Part shown: positions 1-10,358 of the stretch, one piece after another | Numbering within the stretch: position 1 is the first letter of the stretch | Layout of the letters: each line of letters starts with the position of its first letter | Notes under the pieces: model-generated | What the model saw: the letters and a program-made list of their open reading frames with translations, nothing else | Database searches by the model: none | Told to the model about the DNA's origin: nothing | Origin: Candidatus Bathyarchaeia archaeon | GTDB taxonomy: Archaea > Thermoproteota > Bathyarchaeia > Bathyarchaeales > Bathycorpusculaceae | Assembly (NCBI GenBank): GCA_050015055.1 | Contig: JBEKCD010000018.1 | Span: 85 to 64,084, forward strand | DNA length: 64,000 nucleotides | Reading direction: 5' to 3' | Program-made: the position numbers and the translations under genes

Positions 1-159
1 CTCCTATGTAAACAGCCTTGCAAATCGACTGGAGGAGAAAGCAGGGTGAACCACAAAAAAAGCCAAAGCCCAAATCGTAGTCACCTTTTCAATAGAATGC
101 CAGCCTCTCCCAGATTGTAGGTTCTCCTTTTAAAAAGGAAGCGACATCGACAGCCATGG

Positions 160-2217
160 CTAATCTTGGGAGATTCCGCCTTTGTTGAAGGGAACGTACT
201 CTCTCAGCTCCTCAATGGAAGCCTTAACTATTTTTTCTCGTAGCTCTCTGGGAATCTTGTTGGCCAAGACTTTCAGGACGAGTTTCAGCAGTTCCTTGCC
301 TGGCAGGTCTCCGGGCACGATTTTGACGTATGTCTCTGTTCTAGCTTTTACGGCGCCAATTGGTCCGCCGACAAACTGAAGCGCATCATTCGCATCAACT
401 CGAATACCGACAGCCAATTCAAGCTTGACCCCCCGCATCCAGTTCCGCTGCCCGCGAACGACGAATGCGCCGTGTCCCACCGACTCACCGGAGGGCCCAC
501 CCTTGTTGAGCTGTTCAGGCTTGACCCAGTAGACGTCAACGCTTCCAAAACCTTCACGCCATGCTCTGGAAAATGCGGCTGCAAATTCAGCTGCTTCGCT
601 CAAGCATTGCTGGCCAGGTTCCTTCGCTTCTGTCTTGACGACAACGAAAGGTGCACCGACGATGTCGGCGTGAAAAACAACGTCACCGTCGCTGCTGCGG
701 TTCTTCACGAGAACCTCGTTTGTAACCGCGTCTTTTCCAGCAACCACTAAGAATCCATCAGAAGAGACAAACCATCGGAACTTTTCAAACCACTTCTTAG
801 GCTTAATCTTGCGTCTTGTAAGTTCCTCCAACGCTTCAGCGGGTTTACCATGCTCCAATGCTTCTGCGTCTCGTATCTTTGCTTCAACACTTGCCAATTG
901 TTTGCGAGAATCTTCTAACGCGTTTCTCGCTCCTTTCATCTTCTGCTTGGTCTGCTTCGCCCGCTCATAAAACTCGCTTGCGTTCTCAAACAAGGTTTTG
1001 TGCGGATGCAATTCGAATCTCAAACCGTCAACGCTGACGGTGACAGTTAAACCCCTGTTGTCAATGGATTCGAAAATCGCGCTAGGCATCAGACTCTTCT
1101 GTTTTTCGGCGCAGATCCGTGCGACGACCGCCTTCAAATCTTTACCACTCTGTCTGCCGGTCAGTAACTCGTCGAATAATGCTTGCAGTTCGTGGATGTG
1201 GGCGTAGACTGTGTCGCCGGTTCGTCTGTCCAGCTCAGCCTTTGCCTCACCCTCAGTCAAGAGTTTTTCCTGTTCAGCAATCATGCGTTTAAGCCTTTCA
1301 GCTTCGCTCTTCAGCCTGTCAACCTCTATTCCAGCCGTGGCCTCCTCGACAACTGAGACTCGGGTGTAAAACTCGTCCAGAGCTTCATTGAAACTTTCAT
1401 AACTCTGAAGTTGAATGCCTTCGCGTTCATACATCCTGAGCTTGAACGGGACTACGTCAACCAACCCGCCATTCTCGCCCAAAACAACACAGGGCTCTAA
1501 TGCGCCGGTTGTGACCTGTGAGAGCAAACCCTGCAAGCTGCCGTAAATGGCTGCAACCTCGTCCAAGCTCAGCCTATCACAACTCCTGATCTTTTCTATG
1601 CCGGCTCTGACCAAGGCCTCTTCTGAATATTCGCCACCTATGCCCAGAAGACGTGCCAGCGCCCTGACCACCTCAACATTGCCGGAAGCCTTAAGCCCGC
1701 TGGACAATTCTTCAAGACTGATCCTTAAGGGGTTTTTTCCACCTGAGGGCGCGAATTGAAAAGCTTCTCCGCGCAGTATGTTTCTATCTCGCATGCGTTT
1801 GTAGGTTAGAGCCTGCAGTATCTTGTTGTCCTTGCCTACGAGGATAACGTTGCCATCGCCGAAGAATTCAAGAACCATTCTCAAATCGCCTCTACTCGTC
1901 TTAAACGACAAGATGACTACTCTTTCAAACTCGTACTGCTCGACGCTCCCCAAGCGAGCGTTCCGCAGGTGCCCTCTCAAAGCCATGCAAAATGCTGTTG
2001 GCCGGGGCGGCTTCTCCTGTGAATAGACAGTCAAATGGAGGCGTCTGCCAGCTTTCAAGACCAACTGAAACGGTGGATGGTCAACCTTATGCAACTTTAG
2101 CGTCAGAGTCTTTGGGTCTAACTGGTAAACATTGTTGACGTGTGAACCCAGGATATGTTCTTTCAACTCGCGTACGGTTGCGGCAACGTCAAAGCTCGTA
2201 AACTCCTTCTTGAGCAA
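160..2217 (-). CDS. NFACT/Rqc2-family ribosome quality-control protein (FbpA-like N-terminal domain, NFACT-R/DUF814 C-terminal domain)
   Basis: 685-aa ORF. The C-terminal DUF814-type motif 'SSDGFLVVAGKDAVTNEVLV...VVFHADIVGAPFVVVK' and a long central coiled coil are typical of archaeal RqcH/NEMF homologues. Confidence 0.7.
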   Translation of the reverse strand: MLKKEFTSFDVAATVRELKEHILGSHVNNVYQLDPKTLTLKLHKVDHPPFQLVLKAGRRLHLTVYSQEKPPRPTAFCMALRGHLRNARLGSVEQYEFERVVILSFKTSRGDLRMVLEFFGDGNVILVGKDNKILQALTYKRMRDRNILRGEAFQFAPSGGKNPLRISLEELSSGLKASGNVEVVRALARLLGIGGEYSEEALVRAGIEKIRSCDRLSLDEVAAIYGSLQGLLSQVTTGALEPCVVLGENGGLVDVVPFKLRMYEREGIQLQSYESFNEALDEFYTRVSVVEEATAGIEVDRLKSEAERLKRMIAEQEKLLTEGEAKAELDRRTGDTVYAHIHELQALFDELLTGRQSGKDLKAVVARICAEKQKSLMPSAIFESIDNRGLTVTVSVDGLRFELHPHKTLFENASEFYERAKQTKQKMKGARNALEDSRKQLASVEAKIRDAEALEHGKPAEALEELTRRKIKPKKWFEKFRWFVSSDGFLVVAGKDAVTNEVLVKNRSSDGDVVFHADIVGAPFVVVKTEAKEPGQQCLSEAAEFAAAFSRAWREGFGSVDVYWVKPEQLNKGGPSGESVGHGAFVVRGQRNWMRGVKLELAVGIRVDANDALQFVGGPIGAVKARTETYVKIVPGDLPGKELLKLVLKVLANKIPRELREKIVKASIEELREYVPFNKGGISQD

Positions 2218-2502
2218 CGTGAATCACAGCAAGATTCTAATGGTCTTTAATTGTATAAATATACAACTTTGACGTGGGCTGACAAGATTCTCTGACGATG
2301 GCTGTTTTTCCAGAGCAAAAGTTGCGAGGAAAGGAAAGGTTTAAAGTTCACATATTTAGACTCTAATAACGGCATCTAAAGAGGAACCTAGACAAAGCAA
2401 AAACCACTCATCAATATCTCGAATGAAAAAGTTGATACCTAAACGTAAGATGCAAGCCAAAAGATCCCGTTCATAATGCAGATTTGAGAGACGTGGAAAA
2501 AC

Positions 2503-3240
2503 ATGAAACCGTTAGAAACCGTCTACTGGCTGAGACTTGGCTTTGGCGTTCTAGCAGCCTTCTTGGCTGTGGGCTTCTTGGTAATAGCAGGGGCTGTGAA
2601 CACAAACTTGGTGCTCAACCCATCAGTCGAAGTAGCAAACGCTGGAGCAACAGCACCACAAAATTGGTCCTCTTCCGCGAATGGAACGGAATGGAGCACG
2701 ACTTATGCCAGAACAGGGTCCAGAAGCCTAAGAATTGACGTTACTAACGCTACCGCGAGTTGGACAGGACAGGTTGGGCAAATATACGGTGGAAACGTGT
2801 ACCACATAGATGGGTTCTTTTACGGGCAAGCTGTCAATGGCCAATTCCAGTTAACAATCAGTTGGTTTACAGGCTCAGCAGAAATTGATGACAATGTTGC
2901 CTTACCTGTGGCCAACTATTCAGGATGGCAACTGGAGGGAGCTACTTTCACTGCCCCGAGCGGTGCAAAGAGCTGCGAAATTGTTTTCAGAGCTGTAAAT
3001 GGGTCTGGAGATCTGTACGGAGATGACCTTGAGGTTAGGCAAACAGAACCCGTACAATCCTTCTTCAACAGCGCGTCAATTGCGATTATAGTCTACATCG
3101 CCTCATACTACGTGTTAAAGTCCAGGTTTGGCACAAAGGTGTCGAAGCCCCAGAAAATCCTTACAGCCGGGATAGGCATCTATATTCTCGCATGGCTAGT
3201 CATCTGGGCCTTGTTGTACACGCTAGTGGCCGCGGCTTAA
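2503..3240 (+). CDS. Membrane-anchored protein with a CBM4/9-like carbohydrate-binding domain
   Basis: N-terminal transmembrane segment, a β-sandwich-like central region ('WSSSANGTEW...GWQLEGATFTAPSGAKSCEIVFRAVNGSGDLYGDDLEV'), C-terminal transmembrane helices, and many N-x-S/T sequons. Confidence 0.45.
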   Translation: MKPLETVYWLRLGFGVLAAFLAVGFLVIAGAVNTNLVLNPSVEVANAGATAPQNWSSSANGTEWSTTYARTGSRSLRIDVTNATASWTGQVGQIYGGNVYHIDGFFYGQAVNGQFQLTISWFTGSAEIDDNVALPVANYSGWQLEGATFTAPSGAKSCEIVFRAVNGSGDLYGDDLEVRQTEPVQSFFNSASIAIIVYIASYYVLKSRFGTKVSKPQKILTAGIGIYILAWLVIWALLYTLVAAA

Positions 3241-3716
3241 TCTTCTTCCTGTTCGAGGAAGTTCTCTATTGTTGCTTGACCTTTGTCAGCCGTGACAGTG
3301 TCAAGCTCTTCTCCTTCAGCAGTCCCCGCATTCACTCCGTTTGCTTCAGGAGCGCTAGCAACGTGTGGAATGGTGATTCTGCTGAGGACGCGCATACAGT
3401 CAGCCCACGCTGAGAAGAAACCTCGGTCGAAGTCTCCGTGAAGCCTGTTTCTTACGTGGTCCAAAAACTCGCGTCTATAACTGTGCAACGCTGCCTTATC
3501 GTCCATGTCTACTTTTGAGAAGAAAGCGTACGAGTCTCCGTTCGCCTTGCGAGAGAGAAACATTCCGTACAAAGCTCTGAAGTAGCCGCGGTTCCATTCC
3601 GTCTTCTGCATTTTCTGTTTCAACCTTTCCAGCTCCCGCTCTGCCTCAGTGAACTGCCGGTTAACTAGCAGTTGAAAGAACCTAGTGACCAGAGCTGATT
3701 GAATAGGCATCTTCAA
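3237..3716 (-). CDS. Hypothetical protein, 4-nt overlap with radA (likely co-transcribed)
   Basis: 159-aa ORF whose start overlaps the radA stop by 4 nt. No recognisable motif. Confidence 0.4.
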   Translation of the reverse strand: MKMPIQSALVTRFFQLLVNRQFTEAERELERLKQKMQKTEWNRGYFRALYGMFLSRKANGDSYAFFSKVDMDDKAALHSYRREFLDHVRNRLHGDFDRGFFSAWADCMRVLSRITIPHVASAPEANGVNAGTAEGEELDTVTADKGQATIENFLEQEED

Positions 3717-4735
3717 TGACCACGAGACTTCTTTAACTCCTCTTCGGAAGTATCCTCTATCCCATTTTCCGTTACTTTAAATATTTCCTCTCCTTCAGGC
3801 AAATACGGACTTGAGACCAAACGTGCTATGCGAATAGGGCCGTGCGACGCTCTCCTCAAGTAGACACGCGTGTGACTGGTGTGTCCAACAATGTGGCCGC
3901 CGATAGGATGCACCGCGTCTCCGAAGAACACGTCGGGCTTGGCCATAACCTGGTTCGTCACGACCGCCACGGCGTTAAACGCTCTAGCCAGACCGATGAG
4001 CTTGTGCATGTGTTTATTCAGTTTCTGCTGCCTAGGTGCCAGCATCTCACGCCCTATGTACTCGCTTCTGAAATGCGCCGTCAAAGAGTCGACAATTATG
4101 AGCTTCACGTTGTTGGCCTTAATAACCTCGTCAGCATTGTCGAGCAAGAACATTTGATGGTCAGACGTGTAGGCCTCAGCGTAAATAATGTTCTTGACAA
4201 CCTGTAGGGGATCAAGTCCCAAATGCTTTGACATGGAAACTATCCTTTCAGTCCTGAACGTGTTCTCAGTATCCACGTACAAAGCGGAACCACCCAGTCC
4301 ACCTCGTTCAGGGGGCAACTGAACATTCACGCACAGCTGGTGGCAAATCTGACTTTTTCCAGTGCCATACTCTCCATAAAACTCGGTTATCGTCTGCGTC
4401 TCCAGTCCGCCATCGACAAGCCTGTCCACAACCTTACTCCCAGTAGTCAAACGCAGAACATTCTGCCGCATCTTTAGCAACTCGTCCGCCCGAATGAAAG
4501 AGACGCCGATAGACGAACGGGCAGTTTCAATTATGGCAAAAGCCTTTTTCTCGCTTATGCCTGCAGGTTCGAGCTCCCGGGCTGTTGCCATAGCCAAGGA
4601 CTCAATCGTGTGAAAGCCCATCTCCCGGAGTTTCTGCGCAGTAGCCGGGCCGACGCCGGGCAAATCCTCCAGAAACTCATACTTCTTCTTGGCCCCGTCC
4701 TCACTGCTCTTTTCCTCTTCTATTTCCTCCGCCAT
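3713..4735 (-). CDS. radA: DNA repair and recombination protein RadA
   Basis: N-terminal helix-hairpin-helix ('FLEDLPGVGPATAQKLREMGF'), Walker A 'GEYGTGKSQ', and overall RadA/Rad51 architecture. Confidence 0.9.
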   Translation of the reverse strand: MAEEIEEEKSSEDGAKKKYEFLEDLPGVGPATAQKLREMGFHTIESLAMATARELEPAGISEKKAFAIIETARSSIGVSFIRADELLKMRQNVLRLTTGSKVVDRLVDGGLETQTITEFYGEYGTGKSQICHQLCVNVQLPPERGGLGGSALYVDTENTFRTERIVSMSKHLGLDPLQVVKNIIYAEAYTSDHQMFLLDNADEVIKANNVKLIIVDSLTAHFRSEYIGREMLAPRQQKLNKHMHKLIGLARAFNAVAVVTNQVMAKPDVFFGDAVHPIGGHIVGHTSHTRVYLRRASHGPIRIARLVSSPYLPEGEEIFKVTENGIEDTSEEELKKSRGH

Positions 4736-4948
4736 GAATCTCTCGCCTTCTCACAGTTGATAGAACAGATGAACAAGCAATATTTAAAACAAGCGAACTG
4801 GAGCAAGGGCTATTCCGTGGAGAGATCGGTTAAAGTGAACTGCTGAAAGGGTGAGCTCTGTCAAGATTTTCCGTGGGCTTTGATGACTGTTCGAGATAAG
4901 ATATAAGTACACGGATTTTTCATAGAAGCAAACGAAGAGGGAAAAACT

Positions 4949-5833
4949 TTGGAGATGGCAAAAGTCGTAGAAGATGTTGCATTTAACATTCTGAAACAAG
5001 CCGTCATCTACCTGCCGGACGATGTTAAACAAGCGCTGAAGAAGGCCTATGCTGAAGAAACAAGCGAAACTGGCAAAACGCAGTTGAAAGCAATATTGGA
5101 CAACATCAAACTCGCTGAGAAGTATCAAGCCCCAGTATGCCAAGACACCGGCACAATAATCTTCTATATCAAGGCAGGCGCAAAAGCGAAAGACATGGAC
5201 AAGGTTGAAGCGGCACTGATAAACGCAACACGCAAGGCCACGAAAGAAATTCCACTGCGGCCAAATGCGGTAGACCCGTTCACAGGAAAGAACAGCGGAG
5301 ACAACACTGGGAGATACATACCAGCTCTGAACTGGGAAATCGCACCAGGCGACGCCATAGAAATGACCGTGATGACCAAGGGTGGAGGCTCTGAAAACGT
5401 TTGCCTCGGAGGAATGATCGTTCCAGGTGAAGGAATAAAGGGACTGAAAAAATTCGTAGTCGATGCCGTAGTAAGGGCTGGAGCTCAGCCATGTCCGCCG
5501 AACATATTGGGCATCGCGATGGGAGGAGGAGCAGACATATCAATGAAACTGGCGAAGAAAACACTGTTACTGCCTCTGAATGAGCATAATCAGGACCCGG
5601 AAATTGCGAGGCTTGAAAAGGAAATCTTCGAAGCGGCAAACATGACGGGAATTGGGCCGATGGGACTTGGCGGGAAAACCACGGTTCTGGGAGTACACAT
5701 CGACTACGCCTACAGACACCCAGCGTCTTTCCCTGCGGCCGTTGCCTTCAACTGTTGGGCCTCCAGACGAGCTTCTGCAAGAATCAAGGCCGATGGAACC
5801 GTCGAGTACTTAACACACAAGTTGAAGAAGTGA
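4949..5833 (+). CDS. Class I fumarate hydratase / L(+)-tartrate dehydratase, alpha (N-terminal catalytic) subunit
   Basis: Family-like motifs 'CQDTGT' and 'GGGSENV'. Sits adjacent to the beta subunit gene. Confidence 0.8.
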   Translation: MEMAKVVEDVAFNILKQAVIYLPDDVKQALKKAYAEETSETGKTQLKAILDNIKLAEKYQAPVCQDTGTIIFYIKAGAKAKDMDKVEAALINATRKATKEIPLRPNAVDPFTGKNSGDNTGRYIPALNWEIAPGDAIEMTVMTKGGGSENVCLGGMIVPGEGIKGLKKFVVDAVVRAGAQPCPPNILGIAMGGGADISMKLAKKTLLLPLNEHNQDPEIARLEKEIFEAANMTGIGPMGLGGKTTVLGVHIDYAYRHPASFPAAVAFNCWASRRASARIKADGTVEYLTHKLKK

Positions 5834-5844
5834 GGTGAAAAGAA

Positions 5845-6450
5845 ATGGCCGTATACAAATATAAAACTCCAATCTCAGATGAGCAGATAAGAAAGTTGAA
5901 GGTCAACGACGTACTCTACGTGACTGGGACCGTAGTGACCGCAAGAGATCAAGCCCACAGGAGAGCTCTGGAATATTTCAAGGAAGGAAAACCAGTGCCT
6001 GTAAACCTTGAGGGATTAGCTGTTTTCCACTGCGGACCAGTAGTAGCGAAGCAGGGGGACAAATGGGTGGCAGTCGCAGCTGGACCGACGACAAGCACGC
6101 GTATGGACATCTTTGAAGACGAGTTCATAAAAGACTTCAAGGTTCGGGTTGTCATCGGCAAAGGCGGAATGGGAAAACGGACGACAGATGCCATGTCGAA
6201 ATACGGTGCTGTCTACGGTGCGTTTACGGGCGGAGCGGCCGTGCTAGCCGCTAGAGCCATAAAGAACGTCAAGAGCGTGGAATGGTTCGACCTGGGGATG
6301 CCCGAGGCAATGTGGATCTTCGAAGTGGAAGAATTCGGTCCGCTCGCTGTGGCTATAGACTCCCATGGAAACAACCTGTTCATGGACATTCAGAAGAGCG
6401 TTGAAGAAAGCAAGCAGAGGATCTATCAGAAACTTGGCATAACGCCATAG
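5845..6450 (+). CDS. Class I fumarate hydratase, beta (C-terminal) subunit
   Basis: 201-aa ORF, 'GKGGMGKRT' motif. Immediately downstream of the alpha subunit, in the archaeal split FumA arrangement. Confidence 0.8.
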   Translation: MAVYKYKTPISDEQIRKLKVNDVLYVTGTVVTARDQAHRRALEYFKEGKPVPVNLEGLAVFHCGPVVAKQGDKWVAVAAGPTTSTRMDIFEDEFIKDFKVRVVIGKGGMGKRTTDAMSKYGAVYGAFTGGAAVLAARAIKNVKSVEWFDLGMPEAMWIFEVEEFGPLAVAIDSHGNNLFMDIQKSVEESKQRIYQKLGITP

Positions 6451-6574
6451 TTTCAACCCTGTTTTTCTGCTCAATGTTTGCGTTTCATTTTTTTGATACC
6501 GAATCTGGATTCTGTTTCGCGTGTCGGAAGGTTTAATATTTCATTTTCGGTTCGTTAAACATGAGAAATGAAAC

Positions 6575-7054
6575 ATGTTCAAACAATTCAGAGACAAAGT
6601 AGCCCTTTCAGGAATCACCGTCCTACTCGTAGGAGTCGCCTTGTTGATATTCACATTCATGAGCGCCTACGGATTCTTGACGCAGAGCCTGTCAATAATA
6701 TCTTCACAGGACCTGGTGCAAACGTTCGGCGCAGCCCTAGCCCCCCTCATAGCAACGTGCATACGCATAATGTACTTGGGGATAATGGGTTGGATAGGCT
6801 CGCTCCTGACTATAAGGGGCATTACGATAATCGCACATCTTCCAGAAACGTCCGTGGCGACCGCTCAAAAACAAGAGGCCAGGCAAGAACTGCAACCTCA
6901 GAAGAAGAGAACTGAAAAACCACGGAAAGAGTCAAGCCAACCAGAAGCTAAACCCTCTGAACCAGAGTTTATGGTCATACCCCCACAAGAAGTTTCACAA
7001 ACGCCATCACAGTCAGATCAACCAGAAAAGAAAGAGTCACGGCCGGCCGCTTAG
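6575..7054 (+). CDS. Membrane protein with a Lys/Glu/Pro-rich low-complexity C-terminus
   Basis: Three predicted transmembrane helices followed by a charged tail. The overlapping alternative-frame ORF 6568..6915 was judged spurious. Confidence 0.45.
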   Translation: MFKQFRDKVALSGITVLLVGVALLIFTFMSAYGFLTQSLSIISSQDLVQTFGAALAPLIATCIRIMYLGIMGWIGSLLTIRGITIIAHLPETSVATAQKQEARQELQPQKKRTEKPRKESSQPEAKPSEPEFMVIPPQEVSQTPSQSDQPEKKESRPAA

Positions 7055-7086
7055 AACTGCGAGGTAAACGTCAACAAGGAGTCACC

Positions 7087-7881
7087 ATGAAAGTACCTAT
7101 CCGCATGATAACTGTAGCCACATGGTTCTTCTGGATTGTCTTAATTATCTTCTCGATATCTGCCATCTACTCTATGAAGAACATGAGTGTAGACCTAGGC
7201 AAACCGGAGACTACGATAACACCAGACAACGAATTGGTGCTTACGTTCCCAATAGAAATCGTCAACAACGGCTATTACAACTTGAACGATTTCAACGTTT
7301 CAACCGAAATCCGAGACATGCAAAACTCGACAATAGCCCAAGGGTTCACGTTCATGCCGGTCATAGAGAGAGCCGAAACCTTAAACATCACGCATCAGAT
7401 GAGAATCAACCTCACAGACATGCTGCAGACCCACCAATACCTCATATTCAACGATACGGAACTGCAAGTCCATGCGACGGTTGCGATGAAAGCCGCAGGG
7501 CTGATTTCACTCCAGGTCTCTTCGAATCTAACTATTCCCTGGGGCCCACCTCTGTACAACCTCACGTTTGGAACACCAAAATTCACATTGCAAATCAGCC
7601 CCAACTCCACGAGATTCTACAGAGTAGCTATTCCAACGGCGTTTGAGAACCACGCTTCCTTCGACCTGAACGGAACAATCCAGCTAGGCATTTACAACGA
7701 CAGAAACGTCCTGACCTGGACAGCAAAAATCGTCCTCAATGCACCACGGCAGTCAACTTATTCGGCAGACTTAAACTTTGATGTTCCTGGACCGGACGTT
7801 TCCACAAATGGACGTTTCGAAGCTTTTTTTGAAACGTCTTTTCTCAATTATGGGCCGGTGGTGATTCCCTATGGCAGCTGA
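7087..7881 (+). CDS. N-terminally membrane-anchored extracellular protein, heavily sequon-rich (putative glycoprotein)
   Basis: N-terminal transmembrane segment and more than 10 N-x-S/T sequons. The overlapping ORF 7122..7646 was judged spurious. Confidence 0.45.
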   Translation: MKVPIRMITVATWFFWIVLIIFSISAIYSMKNMSVDLGKPETTITPDNELVLTFPIEIVNNGYYNLNDFNVSTEIRDMQNSTIAQGFTFMPVIERAETLNITHQMRINLTDMLQTHQYLIFNDTELQVHATVAMKAAGLISLQVSSNLTIPWGPPLYNLTFGTPKFTLQISPNSTRFYRVAIPTAFENHASFDLNGTIQLGIYNDRNVLTWTAKIVLNAPRQSTYSADLNFDVPGPDVSTNGRFEAFFETSFLNYGPVVIPYGS

Positions 7882-8320
7882 TACTCGCACGACCTTGAAA
7901 AAGAGACGTGTGATTCTGCGCAGAGCTTTGAAAGCAACAGTGGAGGGAGTGGTCCTCTATGTCGTCTATTTTCTTCTGTCTCAGTTCTTGGCTCCGCTTT
8001 CCGAGTTTGTTCCTGGCTTTCAACAGATGGTTGAAACGTTCGTCATGGCCTATATTGTCCTGATAATCATAGCTGAGCTCACTGCGGGCTCAATCTTTCA
8101 ACACATTTTCAACGCTGGCAAGGCCTTGTTCATAATCGCGTACTTGATGGTTGCGTTCGGGACCGGAATATTCAGTTTGACCATTCAGGGTGTGAACTTC
8201 GTAGTTGACATCCACTTGTTTCTACTCATTTCAATGTTGTTAGCCTTGCTTGGGTTAGCAAAATCCGTCATTCAAACCATAGATTACGTCAACGAAAAAA
8301 CTGAACTCGCATTCACTTAA
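7871..8320 (+). CDS. Polytopic membrane protein, start overlaps the upstream gene
   Basis: Four hydrophobic helices. The start overlaps the stop of the previous gene, giving a three-gene membrane cluster at 6575–8320. Confidence 0.4.
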   Translation: MAADTRTTLKKRRVILRRALKATVEGVVLYVVYFLLSQFLAPLSEFVPGFQQMVETFVMAYIVLIIIAELTAGSIFQHIFNAGKALFIIAYLMVAFGTGIFSLTIQGVNFVVDIHLFLLISMLLALLGLAKSVIQTIDYVNEKTELAFT

Positions 8321-8358
8321 TGCACGTTCCACGAAAACAAGCTCTCGGACGATTTGTG

Positions 8359-8835
8359 TCACAGTTTCTTGCTCATCATGTAGGCGTCTTCTCCGTCAGC
8401 ATAGTAGCCTCGAATGGAGCGGGAAACTTCCAACCCTAGTTTCTTGTATAGACTAACCGCTTCCTCGTTTGTCACCCTGACTTCCAAGTAGCATTGTTTC
8501 GCTCCGTACATCCGCATGCCTTCCATGGCCTTCGTGACCAACGTTCCTCCTATGCCCTTGTGTCTGTATTCAGGCATGACCGCAACCGAAACAACGTGTC
8601 CTTTCTTGACTAGACCTGGCAGTCCAATATTTGACAACCCGACCTCGACACGACACATAATATAGCCAACAACGTTCCCGTTTTCCTCGGCGACGATGAA
8701 AGTCTCAGGAAACCTGCGATACAAATCGACGAAGAAAAAGTCCGTGTAGTTTTCTGGAAGACAGATCTGATTGATGTGCGTAACACCTGCCAAGTCATTC
8801 ATCGTGAATTTGCGCAGTTCAAAGACGTCTTGCAC
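8359..8835 (-). CDS. GNAT family N-acetyltransferase (RimI-like)
   Basis: Acetyl-CoA binding motif 'RHKGIGGTLV', 158 aa. Confidence 0.75.
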   Translation of the reverse strand: MQDVFELRKFTMNDLAGVTHINQICLPENYTDFFFVDLYRRFPETFIVAEENGNVVGYIMCRVEVGLSNIGLPGLVKKGHVVSVAVMPEYRHKGIGGTLVTKAMEGMRMYGAKQCYLEVRVTNEEAVSLYKKLGLEVSRSIRGYYADGEDAYMMSKKL

Positions 8836-8894
8836 GTTGCTAGGCTCCTTTTATCTTGAGGCAAGTTTCACAGTGCCTTAAACACTTTTCCTTT

Positions 8895-10190
8895 TCAACT
8901 TGTCATTACGACGCCCTGATCCTCGACTGCTTTAACTTCTGGCAACGTGAAGTCTCCGTAGGGCAAGGTCCAGACTTTACCGTTCTTGCCAACCATGTTC
9001 ATGGCTTCGTTCAGAGCATCGTTTACAGCTCTTGCGGTTTTCAGCTTGAAAACGTTTGCAGCGTAGTAGTCGGGCATCGATGAGACCAGGATTATGCGAG
9101 CTTTTTGCTGAGCTTTCATGTAGTAGTAGGCCGTAGATCCTCCCATGACGAAATTGCGTTTTATCTCCCTGTCGACTGCTTTCAAGTCTGGTAACTTGGT
9201 CATCCATTCGTAGAAATCTTGGTTTCCATGGCCTTCTGCCAGTTCAGCTACCAAGATTATTACGCCTCCCCTCTTCACAACTTCTAACGCATTATCGACA
9301 CTCTGGTAAGCTCGGAAAAGATTGACATCCGTCGGGTCTCCTCCCGGACTGACTACGACGATGTCGGCCCGCCTATCGACCTGCACCCGGTACATCTCGT
9401 CAAAGAGCTTGACTCCTTCGGAAAAGACTCGCTCCAAGTCTCCTGCAAATGCTTTCACGAGTTCCCTTTTGCTGTTCATTACAACGTTGAGGACAAAGTC
9501 TACCTTTGCCATCGCTGCTGCTTCGACCATATCTTGATGAACAGGGTTCCCCGAGAGAATTCCGGTTCTCGCGTTCGGATCCAGCAGGAGAGCATGATTG
9601 TGTTTCACCGTTTCTTCACCTGATATTCCGGGCAGCACGCTTTTTCTTCCGCCGCTATAGCCAGCAAAATAGTGAATGCCAATGTCGCCGGTCAAGATTC
9701 TGACGTCTGCTTCTGTGAATGAGCGGTTCAGGAGGACTTCTGTTCCATGCTTCTGCGTCGTGCCCACGTGAGCCAGGTCTTGAGCCCTGCTGTCATGACT
9801 TACGGTTCTAACACGAGTGGAGACGTGTTCGCCCAGCAGCTTAACGGCTTCTTCAGGTTTGACAGCTCTTTCGAGTCCGCACGCAAAGATGACCGTCACG
9901 TTTTCATTCTTTATTCCTTCATTGTTCAGCGTGTCGAGTAGCGGTGGGACCATCAGTTGACTCGGCGCAGTTCCAGTGACATCGTCCACGACTATCGCCA
10001 CTCTACTTTCCGGTTTGACAATCTCGTTCAGCTTCTTTGAACCCAAGGGTTCTTTCAAGGCCCTTTCGATTTCTGCTATCGGATCCGGCACGCCCGGCTT
10101 CTCTTTCGGCTCTATTGAACCCAGAAAATTTCTAGTTGGAATTCTTACGCAGACTTGTGACTTTCCGTATGGAAGCCAAGCATCAACCAT
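8895..10190 (-). CDS. LarA-like (lactate racemase / DUF2088) nickel-pincer-dependent enzyme family protein
   Basis: 431 aa, N-terminal LarA-domain topology and conserved His/Asp-rich segments. Confidence 0.65.
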   Translation of the reverse strand: MVDAWLPYGKSQVCVRIPTRNFLGSIEPKEKPGVPDPIAEIERALKEPLGSKKLNEIVKPESRVAIVVDDVTGTAPSQLMVPPLLDTLNNEGIKNENVTVIFACGLERAVKPEEAVKLLGEHVSTRVRTVSHDSRAQDLAHVGTTQKHGTEVLLNRSFTEADVRILTGDIGIHYFAGYSGGRKSVLPGISGEETVKHNHALLLDPNARTGILSGNPVHQDMVEAAAMAKVDFVLNVVMNSKRELVKAFAGDLERVFSEGVKLFDEMYRVQVDRRADIVVVSPGGDPTDVNLFRAYQSVDNALEVVKRGGVIILVAELAEGHGNQDFYEWMTKLPDLKAVDREIKRNFVMGGSTAYYYMKAQQKARIILVSSMPDYYAANVFKLKTARAVNDALNEAMNMVGKNGKVWTLPYGDFTLPEVKAVEDQGVVMTS

Positions 10191-10358
10191 GGGGCATCAC
10201 TTGAGTATTGAAACACGCTGGCAGAAACTATTAAGTTTTGTCAGAGCAAAAAAAAGAAGCAGCCAGTGATACCTATCTGCGCGCGCTAGCCCTCAAGGCA
10301 ACTCTCGCAGCATAAGCCTCTTTAGAGGCCACGTACAATAATCAAGAACTGTGAGGGA

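Noticed and set aside
7122-7646. 174-aa alternative-frame ORF inside the 7087..7881 gene (also 6568..6915 inside 6575..7054)
   Set aside because: The overlapping frames have His/Arg/Pro-rich unnatural composition. The membrane-protein frames are far more protein-like.
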